From Candidatus Bathyarchaeia archaeon (GTDB lineage: Archaea; Thermoproteota; Bathyarchaeia; Bathyarchaeales; Bathycorpusculaceae), in the NCBI GenBank assembly GCA_049969855.1, contig JBMFOB010000001.1:1-64000 (forward strand): 64,000 nt of DNA, written 5' to 3'. Below, piece by piece: positions 28,947 to 38,453 of this stretch. Each line of letters starts with the position of its first letter. The stretch's first letter is position 1. The position numbers were made by a program, and so were the translations under genes. The notes beneath the pieces are model-generated. The model ran no database searches. It was given only the letters and a program-made list of their open reading frames with translations, and had not been told where the DNA came from.

Positions 28947-29447
28947 ATGGAGAAGCTGAGGGTCATATCTGTAAAAATACCAGAAGAAGTCTACAAAGAA
29001 ATGCTCTTACGCGTTCCTGAAGGGGAAAGAAGCAACTTTGTCCGCGACGCTATTGCTGAGAAACTTCAAAAAACACCAAAACCAGACAAAATTCTCGAAT
29101 TAGAACAAAGACTTTCAAAAATAGAGAGAGAATTTTCAGAAATAAGAAAGTACCTCGCAGACTTAGAATTATTAACGTATGAAAAGGGAAAAACGAACCC
29201 TCACACGTTTTGTGCAGATGAAACAGACCAAAAAATCATAGACTACCTAATCCACTACAAAGGCGCAACCACCCCAGAATTGGCTGAATACCTAAAAACA
29301 AACAGATGGCTAATCCTAAACAGACTTAGAAAAATAGAAAAAGCATCAAAGAGACAGCTTGGAAGACCCATCATAGAATATTATGCAGGAGAAAAATCTG
29401 GCAAGAAAAAAGCTTGGTGGATAAACGAAGAACTAATCGAAACATAA
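28947..29447 (+). CDS. Ribbon-helix-helix + coiled-coil + wHTH DNA-binding protein
   Basis: VISVKIPEE...RSNFVRDAI RHH; C-terminal ATTPELAEYL HTH. Confidence 0.7.
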   Translation: MEKLRVISVKIPEEVYKEMLLRVPEGERSNFVRDAIAEKLQKTPKPDKILELEQRLSKIEREFSEIRKYLADLELLTYEKGKTNPHTFCADETDQKIIDYLIHYKGATTPELAEYLKTNRWLILNRLRKIEKASKRQLGRPIIEYYAGEKSGKKKAWWINEELIET

Positions 29448-29483
29448 CAACTAATTTTAGACACGTTAACCTATTTCACAAAT

Positions 29484-29604
29484 GGGCCCGTAGCCCAGTA
29501 TGGATCAAGGCGCCGAACCACAATACGCTAAAAGGTGCGCAAGCCTCCGGACGCTTCAGAAGGAAGAAAGCCGGAGAACAGGGGTTCAAATCCCCTCGGG
29601 CCCG
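29484..29604 (+). tRNA. tRNA-Arg(CCG) with two introns (29516-29542 at position 29/30; 29551-29568 at 37/38)
   Basis: Acceptor GGGCCCG/CGGGCCC, T-arm AGGGG-TTCAAAT-CCCCT; removing both inserts gives the anticodon arm CCGGC-CTCCGGA-GCCGG; BHB-like pairings at both inserts. Confidence 0.88.
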
Positions 29605-29640
29605 CTTATAATTCATAATATTTAAGGATGTGCTTTGAGG

Positions 29641-31014
29641 TTAGTGATACATGAGTTTTTCTTCGTATTTTCTGAGGTGTTCGCTGGCTTCGCTTATGTC
29701 CATGAATAGGGCGTCAACTCTTTCCACGTCTTCAAGGGTGACAGATTTGTGTTTCATGGCTGTGGCGTTTTGGGCGGCTAGGCTTAGGAGTTGTACAGCA
29801 TACCTTAGGGAAGATTTTGCTCCAATGTTTGTTAGCCTTTCCAACGCATCGTTTTCTATGGTTACCTTTTCTTCTTTTGCTCTGAGGTTGAGGATTTCTC
29901 TTATGCTTTCTGCATCATACTCATGAGTGGCTATTATTACGGAGCGGTCTAAAAGGTCAAGTGGAAAACCCATGGGACTCTTCACGTCTGTGCCGCGGAT
30001 TGTTGTTACGCCACGGTTGGTTGCCAAAATAATTATTGGAACAAGTTCGCTTTCTAAGGCTCTTCCAAGAAAGCTGAAGGCTTCTAGGTCTAATAGATGG
30101 CTGTCATCGATGAATAGGACGCCTGGGTGTATGAAGGCTTTTCCAGAGTCCACCCATTCCTTTACCTGTTGGTCTACAGCCATCCGCACTTCTGTGTCTA
30201 TTTCCTTTGATTCTGAACCTCCAAAGAATAGGGAGAAAAATCCTCCTGACCGTTGTTTTGCGTTAAGCTCATCTAAATCGGCCAAGGTAAGCGAGTAAAC
30301 AAACTCTTTCTCTTTTAAAACGTCGCCTGTGGGTCTTGGAATTTTTTGGCTGGTGTCCACATCATAGGTTTTGCCTTTTGCGCTTTCTAGGCTTAAACCA
30401 AGGTTTGCCACTCTTCCTGTTTCTGCATCTATCTGGATGACGTGTCCTTCGGTTATTCCTTGCTGAATTATCTGTTGGGCAATTGAGGCTCCTGCTTCGA
30501 TGGTTTTTTCTTGTTTTGTTGTTTTTAATGTTATTCGAACGCTTTCTGGAACCTTTTGGTATGGATTGTAGGGGTGAGCGGTTGTCCGTATGTCTATGCT
30601 CGCAACTTCGCCCTCGTATACTTTGCGCATCTCATGTATCTCAACGCCGATACATTTTCTTATGGCTTCAATTAGAAACTCTGTTTTCTTGCGTTCACTG
30701 CTGTAAATTTCGCTGCCACTCATTTGTATGAATGGAACATTCGGACCTAACTCTCTGGATATGGCAACGGCAATGGCTGTCTTGCCAGTTCCTGGTGGAC
30801 CAGCCAAAATTACGGTTTTTCCGCTTAGTTTACCTTCCTTTATCATTTCAACAACCAAGCCAGCTGCTTCTCTGGCTTTCTCTTGGCCTACCATGCCGTC
30901 TTTAACTTTTATTGCTTTCAGATTTTTATCTAAGCCTAAACCTTTAATGTGGGTGTGGGCTCCCACACGTTCAAAACGGCTGATTTTGGAGGGAACCTCC
31001 TTTATTTCAGCCAT
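29641..31014 (-). CDS. TIP49/RuvB-like (Rvb1/2) AAA+ ATPase
   Basis: HTHIKGLGL, GPPGTGKT, GSEIYS, ILATNRG, P.DLLDR, SLRYAVQL. Confidence 0.93.
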   Translation of the reverse strand: MAEIKEVPSKISRFERVGAHTHIKGLGLDKNLKAIKVKDGMVGQEKAREAAGLVVEMIKEGKLSGKTVILAGPPGTGKTAIAVAISRELGPNVPFIQMSGSEIYSSERKKTEFLIEAIRKCIGVEIHEMRKVYEGEVASIDIRTTAHPYNPYQKVPESVRITLKTTKQEKTIEAGASIAQQIIQQGITEGHVIQIDAETGRVANLGLSLESAKGKTYDVDTSQKIPRPTGDVLKEKEFVYSLTLADLDELNAKQRSGGFFSLFFGGSESKEIDTEVRMAVDQQVKEWVDSGKAFIHPGVLFIDDSHLLDLEAFSFLGRALESELVPIIILATNRGVTTIRGTDVKSPMGFPLDLLDRSVIIATHEYDAESIREILNLRAKEEKVTIENDALERLTNIGAKSSLRYAVQLLSLAAQNATAMKHKSVTLEDVERVDALFMDISEASEHLRKYEEKLMYH

Positions 31015-31048
31015 TTAAAACCCCTCGGCGAAAATATTTTAGAGAAAT

Positions 31049-31900
31049 TTAAAAACTTATCGCTTCCATTCCCTTCAACAATTGGTCTATGTCATTTCCA
31101 ATGTTTTCTCCGTGGTAGCCGCCTTCCAAAACGAAGAACGCAGGCTTTTTCAATGAAGCTATGCGCTTTCCTATTTCCATATAAGTCTTTTCGGTTAAAC
31201 CAAGCGAAGCCAAGTCTCCAGCGTGAGCATCAAATCCAGCGGAAACCGCAACAACCTCAAACCTGTTAATGTCAACTTTGCTTAAGGCTTCATCCAACGT
31301 TTTTAGGTAAACTTCCTCTCCACAATCAGCCCACAACGGAAAGTTTAAACAGTTAGCCTCACAACTGTAGCCCGTTCCAGGATAATGTGGATGCCTATGC
31401 AACGAAACATAAGTTACTTTTGGGTCTCTGGAAAAAATTTCCTGCGTCCCATTTCCATGATGACCGTCAATATCCAAGATTAAGGTTGGCTTATCCAGAT
31501 GCTTTATTGCTATGGCAATGTTATTCAGATAGCAAAAGCCTCTTGTGTATGCACCCATGGCAGCGCCGTTTCTGCCGACATGATGCCCTGGCGGTCTCAT
31601 AAGGGAAAAACCGTTGTTTTCAGCTGCTAAAATGGCTCCACCAGCAGAAAGTCTCGCATATTCGTAAATGTTTTCGTAGGCTGGCGTATCAGCGTCTTCT
31701 ACGAAGCCCTTTTTAAGATTCCAAAGGTATTCGGCATCGTGAACCTTTAACAAGGCTTCTTCTGGCGCTGGTTCTGGCGTTAAAAATTCGTAGCCTTTCT
31801 GTTTCAAGATTTCGTAGGCTTTTCTGACTCTTTCGGGTCCTTCGATGTGAGAGAATCCATAGTTTAAGCATTTTTCTGAAAAGATTATTTTCGTCTTCAT
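31049..31900 (-). CDS. Histone deacetylase-family protein (short form)
   Basis: RPPGHH, GFCYLNN, DIDGHHGNGTQ, SAGFD, LEGGY. Confidence 0.92.
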   Translation of the reverse strand: MKTKIIFSEKCLNYGFSHIEGPERVRKAYEILKQKGYEFLTPEPAPEEALLKVHDAEYLWNLKKGFVEDADTPAYENIYEYARLSAGGAILAAENNGFSLMRPPGHHVGRNGAAMGAYTRGFCYLNNIAIAIKHLDKPTLILDIDGHHGNGTQEIFSRDPKVTYVSLHRHPHYPGTGYSCEANCLNFPLWADCGEEVYLKTLDEALSKVDINRFEVVAVSAGFDAHAGDLASLGLTEKTYMEIGKRIASLKKPAFFVLEGGYHGENIGNDIDQLLKGMEAISF

Positions 31901-32001
31901 TGAACCTTCACATCCTATAAGCGCATAGTTGTTGTTTTCAAATTAAAATATAACCTCAACTCTAAAAGGTTTAGAGTATTCCACAATAAAGATGGAGAAA
32001 T

Positions 32002-33951
32002 ATGGTTTCAGAAAATCCCTTCGCCGTATTCCGCCTTGAGTGTAAAAATGCTTTAGAGGAAGCCCTAAAGAAACTTTTCCCGAAAATCGAAATTGCACGC
32101 TTAACATTGGAAAAACCGCCAAACCCAGATTTCGGTCAGTTAGCTTCTTCTTTATGTTTTGAACTTGCCAAAAGCATCAACGAAAAGCCCGCAGTTTTGG
32201 CTGAACACATAGTGAAAGCCATAGACAAGGCAAAGTTTTCTTTAATTGAGCGTGTTGCTCCAGCAGGAGGCGGTTACATAAACTTTTATGTTGACTTTGC
32301 GAAATTTTCAAGTTTAGTTATTGAATCGGTTGAACAATTTGACAGTGAATATGGTTTTGTTAAAACTGATAAACCCTTGAAAATTATTGTGGAACACACA
32401 AGCGTAAACCCGCTTCATCCCATACACATCGGACAAGCAAGAAACCCAATGTTAGGCGATTCTATTGCACATATGCTTAAAGCCACGGGACACAAGGTTT
32501 TCCGCCACTATTACATCGACGATGTTGGTCGCCAAACAGCAGTCATCGCCTACGGATACAAAAAACTGGGCAAACCCAAACCGGAAGGCAAACCAGACCA
32601 TTTCATTGGAAAAATCTACACCATAACAAGCTGCCTCATCGAAATTAACCGCTTAAAAAAAGAACTTGAAAATGCAAAAAAGGCTTCGCTAACAGAACAA
32701 ATCGCAAAAATTAACAGAGAACTAGACGATTGGATGTCAGTAGCAGTAGAGCTTAAAGAACGTTTCCAAGAGCTTTTCGAGAAGCTTCTGAATGAAGTTG
32801 GCAAGGATGAAGACCCAGAAAACGAGGTTAACAAGCTAAACCGAGCCTATGAAGAAGGAGAGAAAGAAGCTAAAACGCTCATAAGAGAGGTTAGCGAATT
32901 ATGCCTACAAGGTTTTAAGGAAACTTTGGGGCGTGCTGGAGTTTTTTATGATTCTTGGGATTGGGAAAGCGACTTTGTATGGAGCAACCGCGTAGCTGAA
33001 ACCCTTGAAAAACTAAAGAAGACACCTTACGTTTTTGCCTTAGGAGGAGTTTTAGAGTTTGACGCCGAAAAGGCTGCTCAAGAGCTTAACTTGAAACAGA
33101 AACTCGGATTAAGAGAAGATTACGAAGTTCCATCTTTGACGCTTATGCGTGCTGATGGCACAACACTTTATACTACACGCGACATCGCATACACTTTATG
33201 GAAATTCGAAAAGGCGGAAAAATTCATTAATGTCATAGGTATGGAACAAACCCTTGCGCAGTTGCAGTTGAAAATAGCTTTGCACGCTTTGGGTTATGGA
33301 GAGAAAGCGGATAATTTGGTTCACTTTGCTTACAATCTTGTAACTCTTCCAGGCTATAAAATGTCAAGCAGAAGGGGACGCTACATAACCTTTGACGAAG
33401 TTATGGATGAGGCAGTTGAGCGGGCTTACAACGAAGTTTCGAAGCGTTCTCCACAATTGTCCGAAGATGAAAAGAGGAAAATAGCCGAGTTTGTGGGTAT
33501 AGGCGCTGTGCGTTATGCTCTTGTGGAGGTTGATCCATCAAAACCAGTTGTGTTCACATGGGATAGAGTGTTAAATTTCGAAAAAAACAGCGCGCCTTAC
33601 ATTCAATATACTCACGCAAGAGCCTGCAGCATCCTGCGAAAGGCAGCGAGAAAACCTGAAAGCCCAGCTTATGGACTATTAAAGGAGAGAATAGAAAACC
33701 AGATAATTTTGGATTTAGCAAACTTTCCAGAAGTTTTTGTTGAAGCAACCGATTTCCTTAAACCCAACATGATTGCAGAGTTTGCAAACGCCTTAAGCGA
33801 CAAATTTAACACTTTTTACAATGCTTTACCCGTAATAAAGGCTGAACCAAAAGAGCTCAGCGATGCAAGACTTGCACTTGTAGATGCGGTGAGAATTGTT
33901 TTAAGAAATGCGCTTAATCTGCTTGGTATAGTGGCTCCAGAAAAAATGTAG
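32002..33951 (+). CDS. argS: Arginyl-tRNA synthetase
   Basis: EHTSVNP.HPIHIG, KMSSRRG, PYIQY.HAR, C-terminal PEKM. Confidence 0.96.
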   Translation: MVSENPFAVFRLECKNALEEALKKLFPKIEIARLTLEKPPNPDFGQLASSLCFELAKSINEKPAVLAEHIVKAIDKAKFSLIERVAPAGGGYINFYVDFAKFSSLVIESVEQFDSEYGFVKTDKPLKIIVEHTSVNPLHPIHIGQARNPMLGDSIAHMLKATGHKVFRHYYIDDVGRQTAVIAYGYKKLGKPKPEGKPDHFIGKIYTITSCLIEINRLKKELENAKKASLTEQIAKINRELDDWMSVAVELKERFQELFEKLLNEVGKDEDPENEVNKLNRAYEEGEKEAKTLIREVSELCLQGFKETLGRAGVFYDSWDWESDFVWSNRVAETLEKLKKTPYVFALGGVLEFDAEKAAQELNLKQKLGLREDYEVPSLTLMRADGTTLYTTRDIAYTLWKFEKAEKFINVIGMEQTLAQLQLKIALHALGYGEKADNLVHFAYNLVTLPGYKMSSRRGRYITFDEVMDEAVERAYNEVSKRSPQLSEDEKRKIAEFVGIGAVRYALVEVDPSKPVVFTWDRVLNFEKNSAPYIQYTHARACSILRKAARKPESPAYGLLKERIENQIILDLANFPEVFVEATDFLKPNMIAEFANALSDKFNTFYNALPVIKAEPKELSDARLALVDAVRIVLRNALNLLGIVAPEKM

Positions 33952-33955
33952 CAGT

Positions 33956-34636
33956 TTATGGTGCGCCTTCAATTATTGTTGTTGCTGTGCTTGTTCCTAT
34001 GCGGTTTGCTCCAGCCTTGATAAAGGCTACTGCGTCAGCGTATGTTCTTATGCCACCAGCAGCTTTAACACCCATGTCTTCGCCTACAATCTCTCGCATC
34101 AGCCTTACATCTTCAATTGTTGCTCCTTTTCCAAACAAGCCAGTTGACGTTTTAACAAAGTCTGCTCCAGCCTCTTTGACAATTTTGCAAGCAGTTATCT
34201 TTTCATCCCTCGTGAGGTAAGCAGTTTCGATGATTACTTTCACAATTATTTCGTTAGATAGGCGTTTAGCGTCTAAAACAGCCATAATATCTCTTTTAAC
34301 AAAATCATAATCACCAGACTTTAAGGCACTTAAATTAATAACCATGTCCAATTCTTCAGTACCATCCTCCACAGCCTTAACCGCTTCTAAAGCCTTTATT
34401 TCTGGTAGGGAAACGCCGAAGGGAAAGCCAACCGTAGAGCAAACCTTAACATCTGAACCCTTCAGCAATTTTGCTGCAAACCGCACATAAAAGGGGTTAA
34501 CAACTGCGCATCTGAAGCCATACTGTATAGCCTCTTTGCAAAGCCTTTCAATTTCCTCTTTTGTCGCTGTGGCTTTTACATTTGTTGAGTCTATCATTTT
34601 GGCTAATTCTTCTCTTGACAACTTCAACCGCATCAT
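33956..34636 (-). CDS. deoC: Deoxyribose-phosphate aldolase
   Basis: VGFPFG, ELDMV, KVIIET, FVKTSTG, VKAAGGIR, RIGTS. Confidence 0.95.
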   Translation of the reverse strand: MMRLKLSREELAKMIDSTNVKATATKEEIERLCKEAIQYGFRCAVVNPFYVRFAAKLLKGSDVKVCSTVGFPFGVSLPEIKALEAVKAVEDGTEELDMVINLSALKSGDYDFVKRDIMAVLDAKRLSNEIIVKVIIETAYLTRDEKITACKIVKEAGADFVKTSTGLFGKGATIEDVRLMREIVGEDMGVKAAGGIRTYADAVAFIKAGANRIGTSTATTIIEGAP

Positions 34637-34746
34637 CTACCCGCTTTAAACTGGGAACACAAACATTTAGCAGTTTCTTAACGCTGAAGGAGTTTTTGGC
34701 AAAAATTTCTTATACTAGCCTTTTAATCCTAAAAAGGAGGCACAAT

Positions 34747-35808
34747 ATGTCAGGCTCATACTTTGAAAGAAAGGTTGAACCCATCGAAGTTAGAGAAAAG
34801 ACGATATCTGAACTTTTGACGGAAATGAGCAAAACTGCCTATCAAGGTAGAAAACTTGGAGAGGCTGTGGAAGTTTGGGAAGCCATGCTTAAAGAAAAAG
34901 ACTTAACAATAATCATGGGATTTGCGGGTTCCATGAGCACTGCGGGTCAATGGAAAATTGTTAATTGGCTTATAGAAAAACGCTTCATAGACGTTCTAGT
35001 TTCAACAGGAGCAAATGTTTCAGAAGACATAGTGGACGCTATGGGACTTGGTTATTGGCAGGGCACACCTTACGCTAATGATGCTGCGCTTGTGAAAGCT
35101 GACATTAACAGATACTACGATGTTTATGGAAAAGAATCCGATTATAGACAAATGGAAGAACTTATGACCGAATTCATGTTAACGCTGAAAACCAACTTTG
35201 CATACTCATCAATGGAACTGCTTTATCTGTTTGGCAAGTGGCTAAGCAAAAAAGGAATAAAAAGCATAACAGCAGTGGCAGCAGAAAACAATGTCCCAAT
35301 ATTTTGTCCCGCAATAACGGACAGCGCCTACGGAGAAGCCTTCTTAATGGCAAAAAACAAAGGACACAACATTCTGTTAGATCAAGTGAAAGAATTCGAC
35401 CAATTTGTTGGCATAGGCGAAAAAACAAAAGATATAGGAGTCGTCTACATAGGAGGAGGCGTACCAAAAGACTTCACACAACTCATAGCAATATCAGTCT
35501 CGCCAAAAACAATGGACAAAGGCGTGCCCGGAAGAGAAGGCTTCAAACGCAAAAGCGTAAAAGAATACTATTACCCACACAAATATGCCATCCAAATCAC
35601 CACAGATTCCCCACAGTGGGGCGGCTTGTCGGGTTGCACCCTAGAAGAAGCCATAAGCTGGGGTAAAATCCACAGCCAAGGAAAAAGGGTAACTGTTTAC
35701 TGTGACGCAACCATTGCCTTACCACTAATAGCACATGCCCTCAATGAAAAACTAAAAATTAAAAGAAAGGCTCCAGACCTTTCATGGATTTTTAAAAACG
35801 TTTCTTAA
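34747..35808 (+). CDS. Deoxyhypusine synthase-like protein (possible homospermidine synthase)
   Basis: STGAN, GGGVPK, GGLSGC..EEAISWGK; ATG at 34747 with AGGAGG upstream. Confidence 0.87.
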   Translation: MSGSYFERKVEPIEVREKTISELLTEMSKTAYQGRKLGEAVEVWEAMLKEKDLTIIMGFAGSMSTAGQWKIVNWLIEKRFIDVLVSTGANVSEDIVDAMGLGYWQGTPYANDAALVKADINRYYDVYGKESDYRQMEELMTEFMLTLKTNFAYSSMELLYLFGKWLSKKGIKSITAVAAENNVPIFCPAITDSAYGEAFLMAKNKGHNILLDQVKEFDQFVGIGEKTKDIGVVYIGGGVPKDFTQLIAISVSPKTMDKGVPGREGFKRKSVKEYYYPHKYAIQITTDSPQWGGLSGCTLEEAISWGKIHSQGKRVTVYCDATIALPLIAHALNEKLKIKRKAPDLSWIFKNVS

Positions 35809-36735
35809 CTACAACCTTGTTATTAACGAACATACCATAATTGGAAGAATCAGCGAAGCATCACCCTCAACCATAACAGTGTCTGCTTTCTGGCTTATCT
35901 TCCCCCATGAAACCGCTTCTCGAGGTCTTGCGCCAGATAGGCTGCCGTCCCACTCATCAGCAGTACAAACATAAACTGCATAGTCCAATCCCTCTCTGAA
36001 CTGATTCCACCAAAGCGTATGATGCTTCGAAATTCCACCGCCAACAATTAATGCGCCAGTTTTCTTTGCAGTAAAAATAGTTTCGCTGAGTTCGCCAGAA
36101 TCCTTCAACAAGTTAACTTTAAAGTTGTGGTCTTGCGAAAAAAGCCAGAGCTGATAACCAACCGCTCCGTCTGTTATGCCAGGCACATAAACTGGTATGT
36201 TGTTTTTTGCCGCCCAATAAAGGATGGAGTTTTCGTTGCATATGCGTCTTCCAATTTCATGGCATAACTGGCGGGTTGATAATTCTTTGACGCCTTCCTC
36301 CCATAAAGTTTGAAGAAGCTCTTGCATTTTCTTTTCAATTATTATTCCATAACTTTCGTTTGGAACCAAAACATTTCCTAAACGGTTTATCTTTTTCCTA
36401 CGAAGCTCGGCATCGTCCATGAAAAATGAACCTTTATAATAGTTTTTCCAGCTTCTGGCAATATCATGGTCAAGAGTTCCGCAAGTTGTGATTATAACAT
36501 CAACAAGCTTCTCTTTTACAAGCTCCCTCAAAGCGCCTCTCGTTCCAGTGGCAACAAGATTGCCAGTGAAAGAAAGAAACTTTACACATTCACCATCCTT
36601 AATCATTCTTTCTAAAATGTTCACACCGACTGCCAATTTTCCAGCCGTAAAACCCCAAGCGTTATCCATCTGCAAAACAAGGTCGTTTACAGATATTCCC
36701 TTAAAGAGATTATAATCTTCAACCTTCTCCAACAC
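35809..36735 (-). CDS. dys: Deoxyhypusine synthase
   Basis: NRLGNV, PGITDG, GGGISKHH, DGSLSGARPREAVSWGK. Confidence 0.9.
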   Translation of the reverse strand: MLEKVEDYNLFKGISVNDLVLQMDNAWGFTAGKLAVGVNILERMIKDGECVKFLSFTGNLVATGTRGALRELVKEKLVDVIITTCGTLDHDIARSWKNYYKGSFFMDDAELRRKKINRLGNVLVPNESYGIIIEKKMQELLQTLWEEGVKELSTRQLCHEIGRRICNENSILYWAAKNNIPVYVPGITDGAVGYQLWLFSQDHNFKVNLLKDSGELSETIFTAKKTGALIVGGGISKHHTLWWNQFREGLDYAVYVCTADEWDGSLSGARPREAVSWGKISQKADTVMVEGDASLILPIMVCSLITRL

Positions 36736-36802
36736 GCATTCTCATCTCCATAATCAAACTAAATTGTCATGTTAAAGATAAATAACTGTCGAACTTTTGA
36801 GG

Positions 36803-37681
36803 CTAATTAACCAAGTATGCTATGATTTTTTCATATACGTCTCTGTTTCTCAAGTCTTCGTTGCCAGCGTAAATGCTTGGGTTATCATTGACTTCCACCA
36901 CCACATAATTGCCGTTGAATTCTTTTATGTCAACTCCATAAAGCCCACGCCCAACAACTTCACAAGCCTTCAAAGCCGTTTCTTTCAATTTGGTTGGAGC
37001 ATTTTCCCTTTTAAGGGTCACAGTTCTTCCCCAAACAAAGCTTGGTTTGCCCCTCCTTTTTGCGCCGTGTTTCCATCTGCCCTTTGGCACCATGTACTTG
37101 CAAACATACAAAACTTCACCATTTAAGACGCCGACTCTCCAATCGAAAGCTGTTGGCATAAATTTCTGAACCGCCAAAACATCGGATCTCCTGAAAAATC
37201 TCTTCGCAACTTCTCTAAAACTTGTTTCACACGCCACTTTCTCCACATATCTCGAAAAACTTGTGTATGGCGCCTTCACCACAACAGGTCTTCCAAAAGT
37301 TTTGAAAATCTCAACTATCCGCTTATGATGCAGTTCATCCTTGCTTAGGAAAATTGTTGGAATATATGGAACATTATACTTTTTGAAAAGAGAGTACAAG
37401 TGAATCTTGTTTCCACAAATTTGTATGGATTTAGGGTCATCAACCACGTTTAAACCCATCTCCCAAGCAGCCTTAGAAACTATGTAGGCGGTGTAAAGGG
37501 GGTCTGTTGTAGCTCTAATGAAAACAGCGTCGTATTTCGGAATTTCCAACAGGTTTTCTCTAAACAAGAAGTTGAATGCATGACCCATTTTCTCCGCTGC
37601 AACTTTAAAGTTCTGTAACGCCAAAACCTCTTTAGGGTCTGAAAAATTGTATCTTTCAACAAAACATGCTATTCTAGACAA
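36803..37681 (-). CDS. RimK-family ATP-grasp ligase
   Basis: VKAP.TSFS, QKF.PT.FDWRVG, GLYGVDIK, EVNDNPS. Confidence 0.88.
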   Translation of the reverse strand: MSRIACFVERYNFSDPKEVLALQNFKVAAEKMGHAFNFLFRENLLEIPKYDAVFIRATTDPLYTAYIVSKAAWEMGLNVVDDPKSIQICGNKIHLYSLFKKYNVPYIPTIFLSKDELHHKRIVEIFKTFGRPVVVKAPYTSFSRYVEKVACETSFREVAKRFFRRSDVLAVQKFMPTAFDWRVGVLNGEVLYVCKYMVPKGRWKHGAKRRGKPSFVWGRTVTLKRENAPTKLKETALKACEVVGRGLYGVDIKEFNGNYVVVEVNDNPSIYAGNEDLRNRDVYEKIIAYLVN

Positions 37682-38360
37682 TTAAGTGGTCACCATTTTC
37701 AGAAATTCGAGAAATTTCGCCAGAGATCATCCTCAAATCTTGCACAGTTATTTCTTCTCTTTTTAATGGTTGAAGCCCGCACAAATACACTTCCTTTTCG
37801 ACGCATTGCACATGCAATTTGCAAATAGGTATCTTAAACACTTCGTAAACTTTAGCTGAAATTTTCGCTATGTCTAAATCGCATTTTCCAAAGATGGATT
37901 TGAATGATAACATGCTTCCCCTTAGCGGTTGCGCACAAACATCAAATTTGTAGTTCATACCTAAACTTTTCATGGCTCTGTAAAGGGCGCTTCTATTTTT
38001 TGCGATTTTGTACCCATCATAGGAAAATGGGTTGACAGCGAAAATAACAACTGGAAAATTGAACTGAGAAATTATTTGCTTCACCGAATCAGTTACTATG
38101 TAGGGAATTGTTGGAATTCCAGCCTTTGAAGCCCTAAGCAGAAGAAGGGGCGTTCTATAAGCGTCTATAATGTTTTCGCTTGGTGGAATAACAGGATTGC
38201 CTAGAACCTCCGCATGCAGGGAAACGTAATATCCAGTTTTTAAATATCGATAGTCATTGTTTATGTTGAGAGTAAAGTCTTTAACTGACGATTCAAGGAA
38301 GGTCGACGGTTTCATAATAGGCAAGTTTGTCGTTAGGTCGATGTTTGATACGACCAACAC
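37674..38360 (-). CDS. RimK-like ATP-grasp N-terminal (RLAN) domain protein
   Basis: DYRYLKTGYYVSLHAE..G..VIP motif. Confidence 0.8.
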   Translation of the reverse strand: MLVVSNIDLTTNLPIMKPSTFLESSVKDFTLNINNDYRYLKTGYYVSLHAEVLGNPVIPPSENIIDAYRTPLLLLRASKAGIPTIPYIVTDSVKQIISQFNFPVVIFAVNPFSYDGYKIAKNRSALYRAMKSLGMNYKFDVCAQPLRGSMLSFKSIFGKCDLDIAKISAKVYEVFKIPICKLHVQCVEKEVYLCGLQPLKREEITVQDLRMISGEISRISENGDHLIV

Positions 38361-38453
38361 GCATGTAACACCAGATTATTGAATGCTCGGTATTGCTCCA
38401 GTCATATTTAAAATTAACTGTATTCTTATATCCATATTTCAGAACAAAATAGA

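Noticed and set aside
29414-29611. 65-aa ORF in the track
   Set aside because: Overlaps the intron-containing tRNA-Arg; spurious
34561-34746. N-terminal extension of the DHS-like ORF that looks like a signal peptide
   Set aside because: Overlaps deoC on the opposite strand; a better ATG with SD sequence lies at 34747
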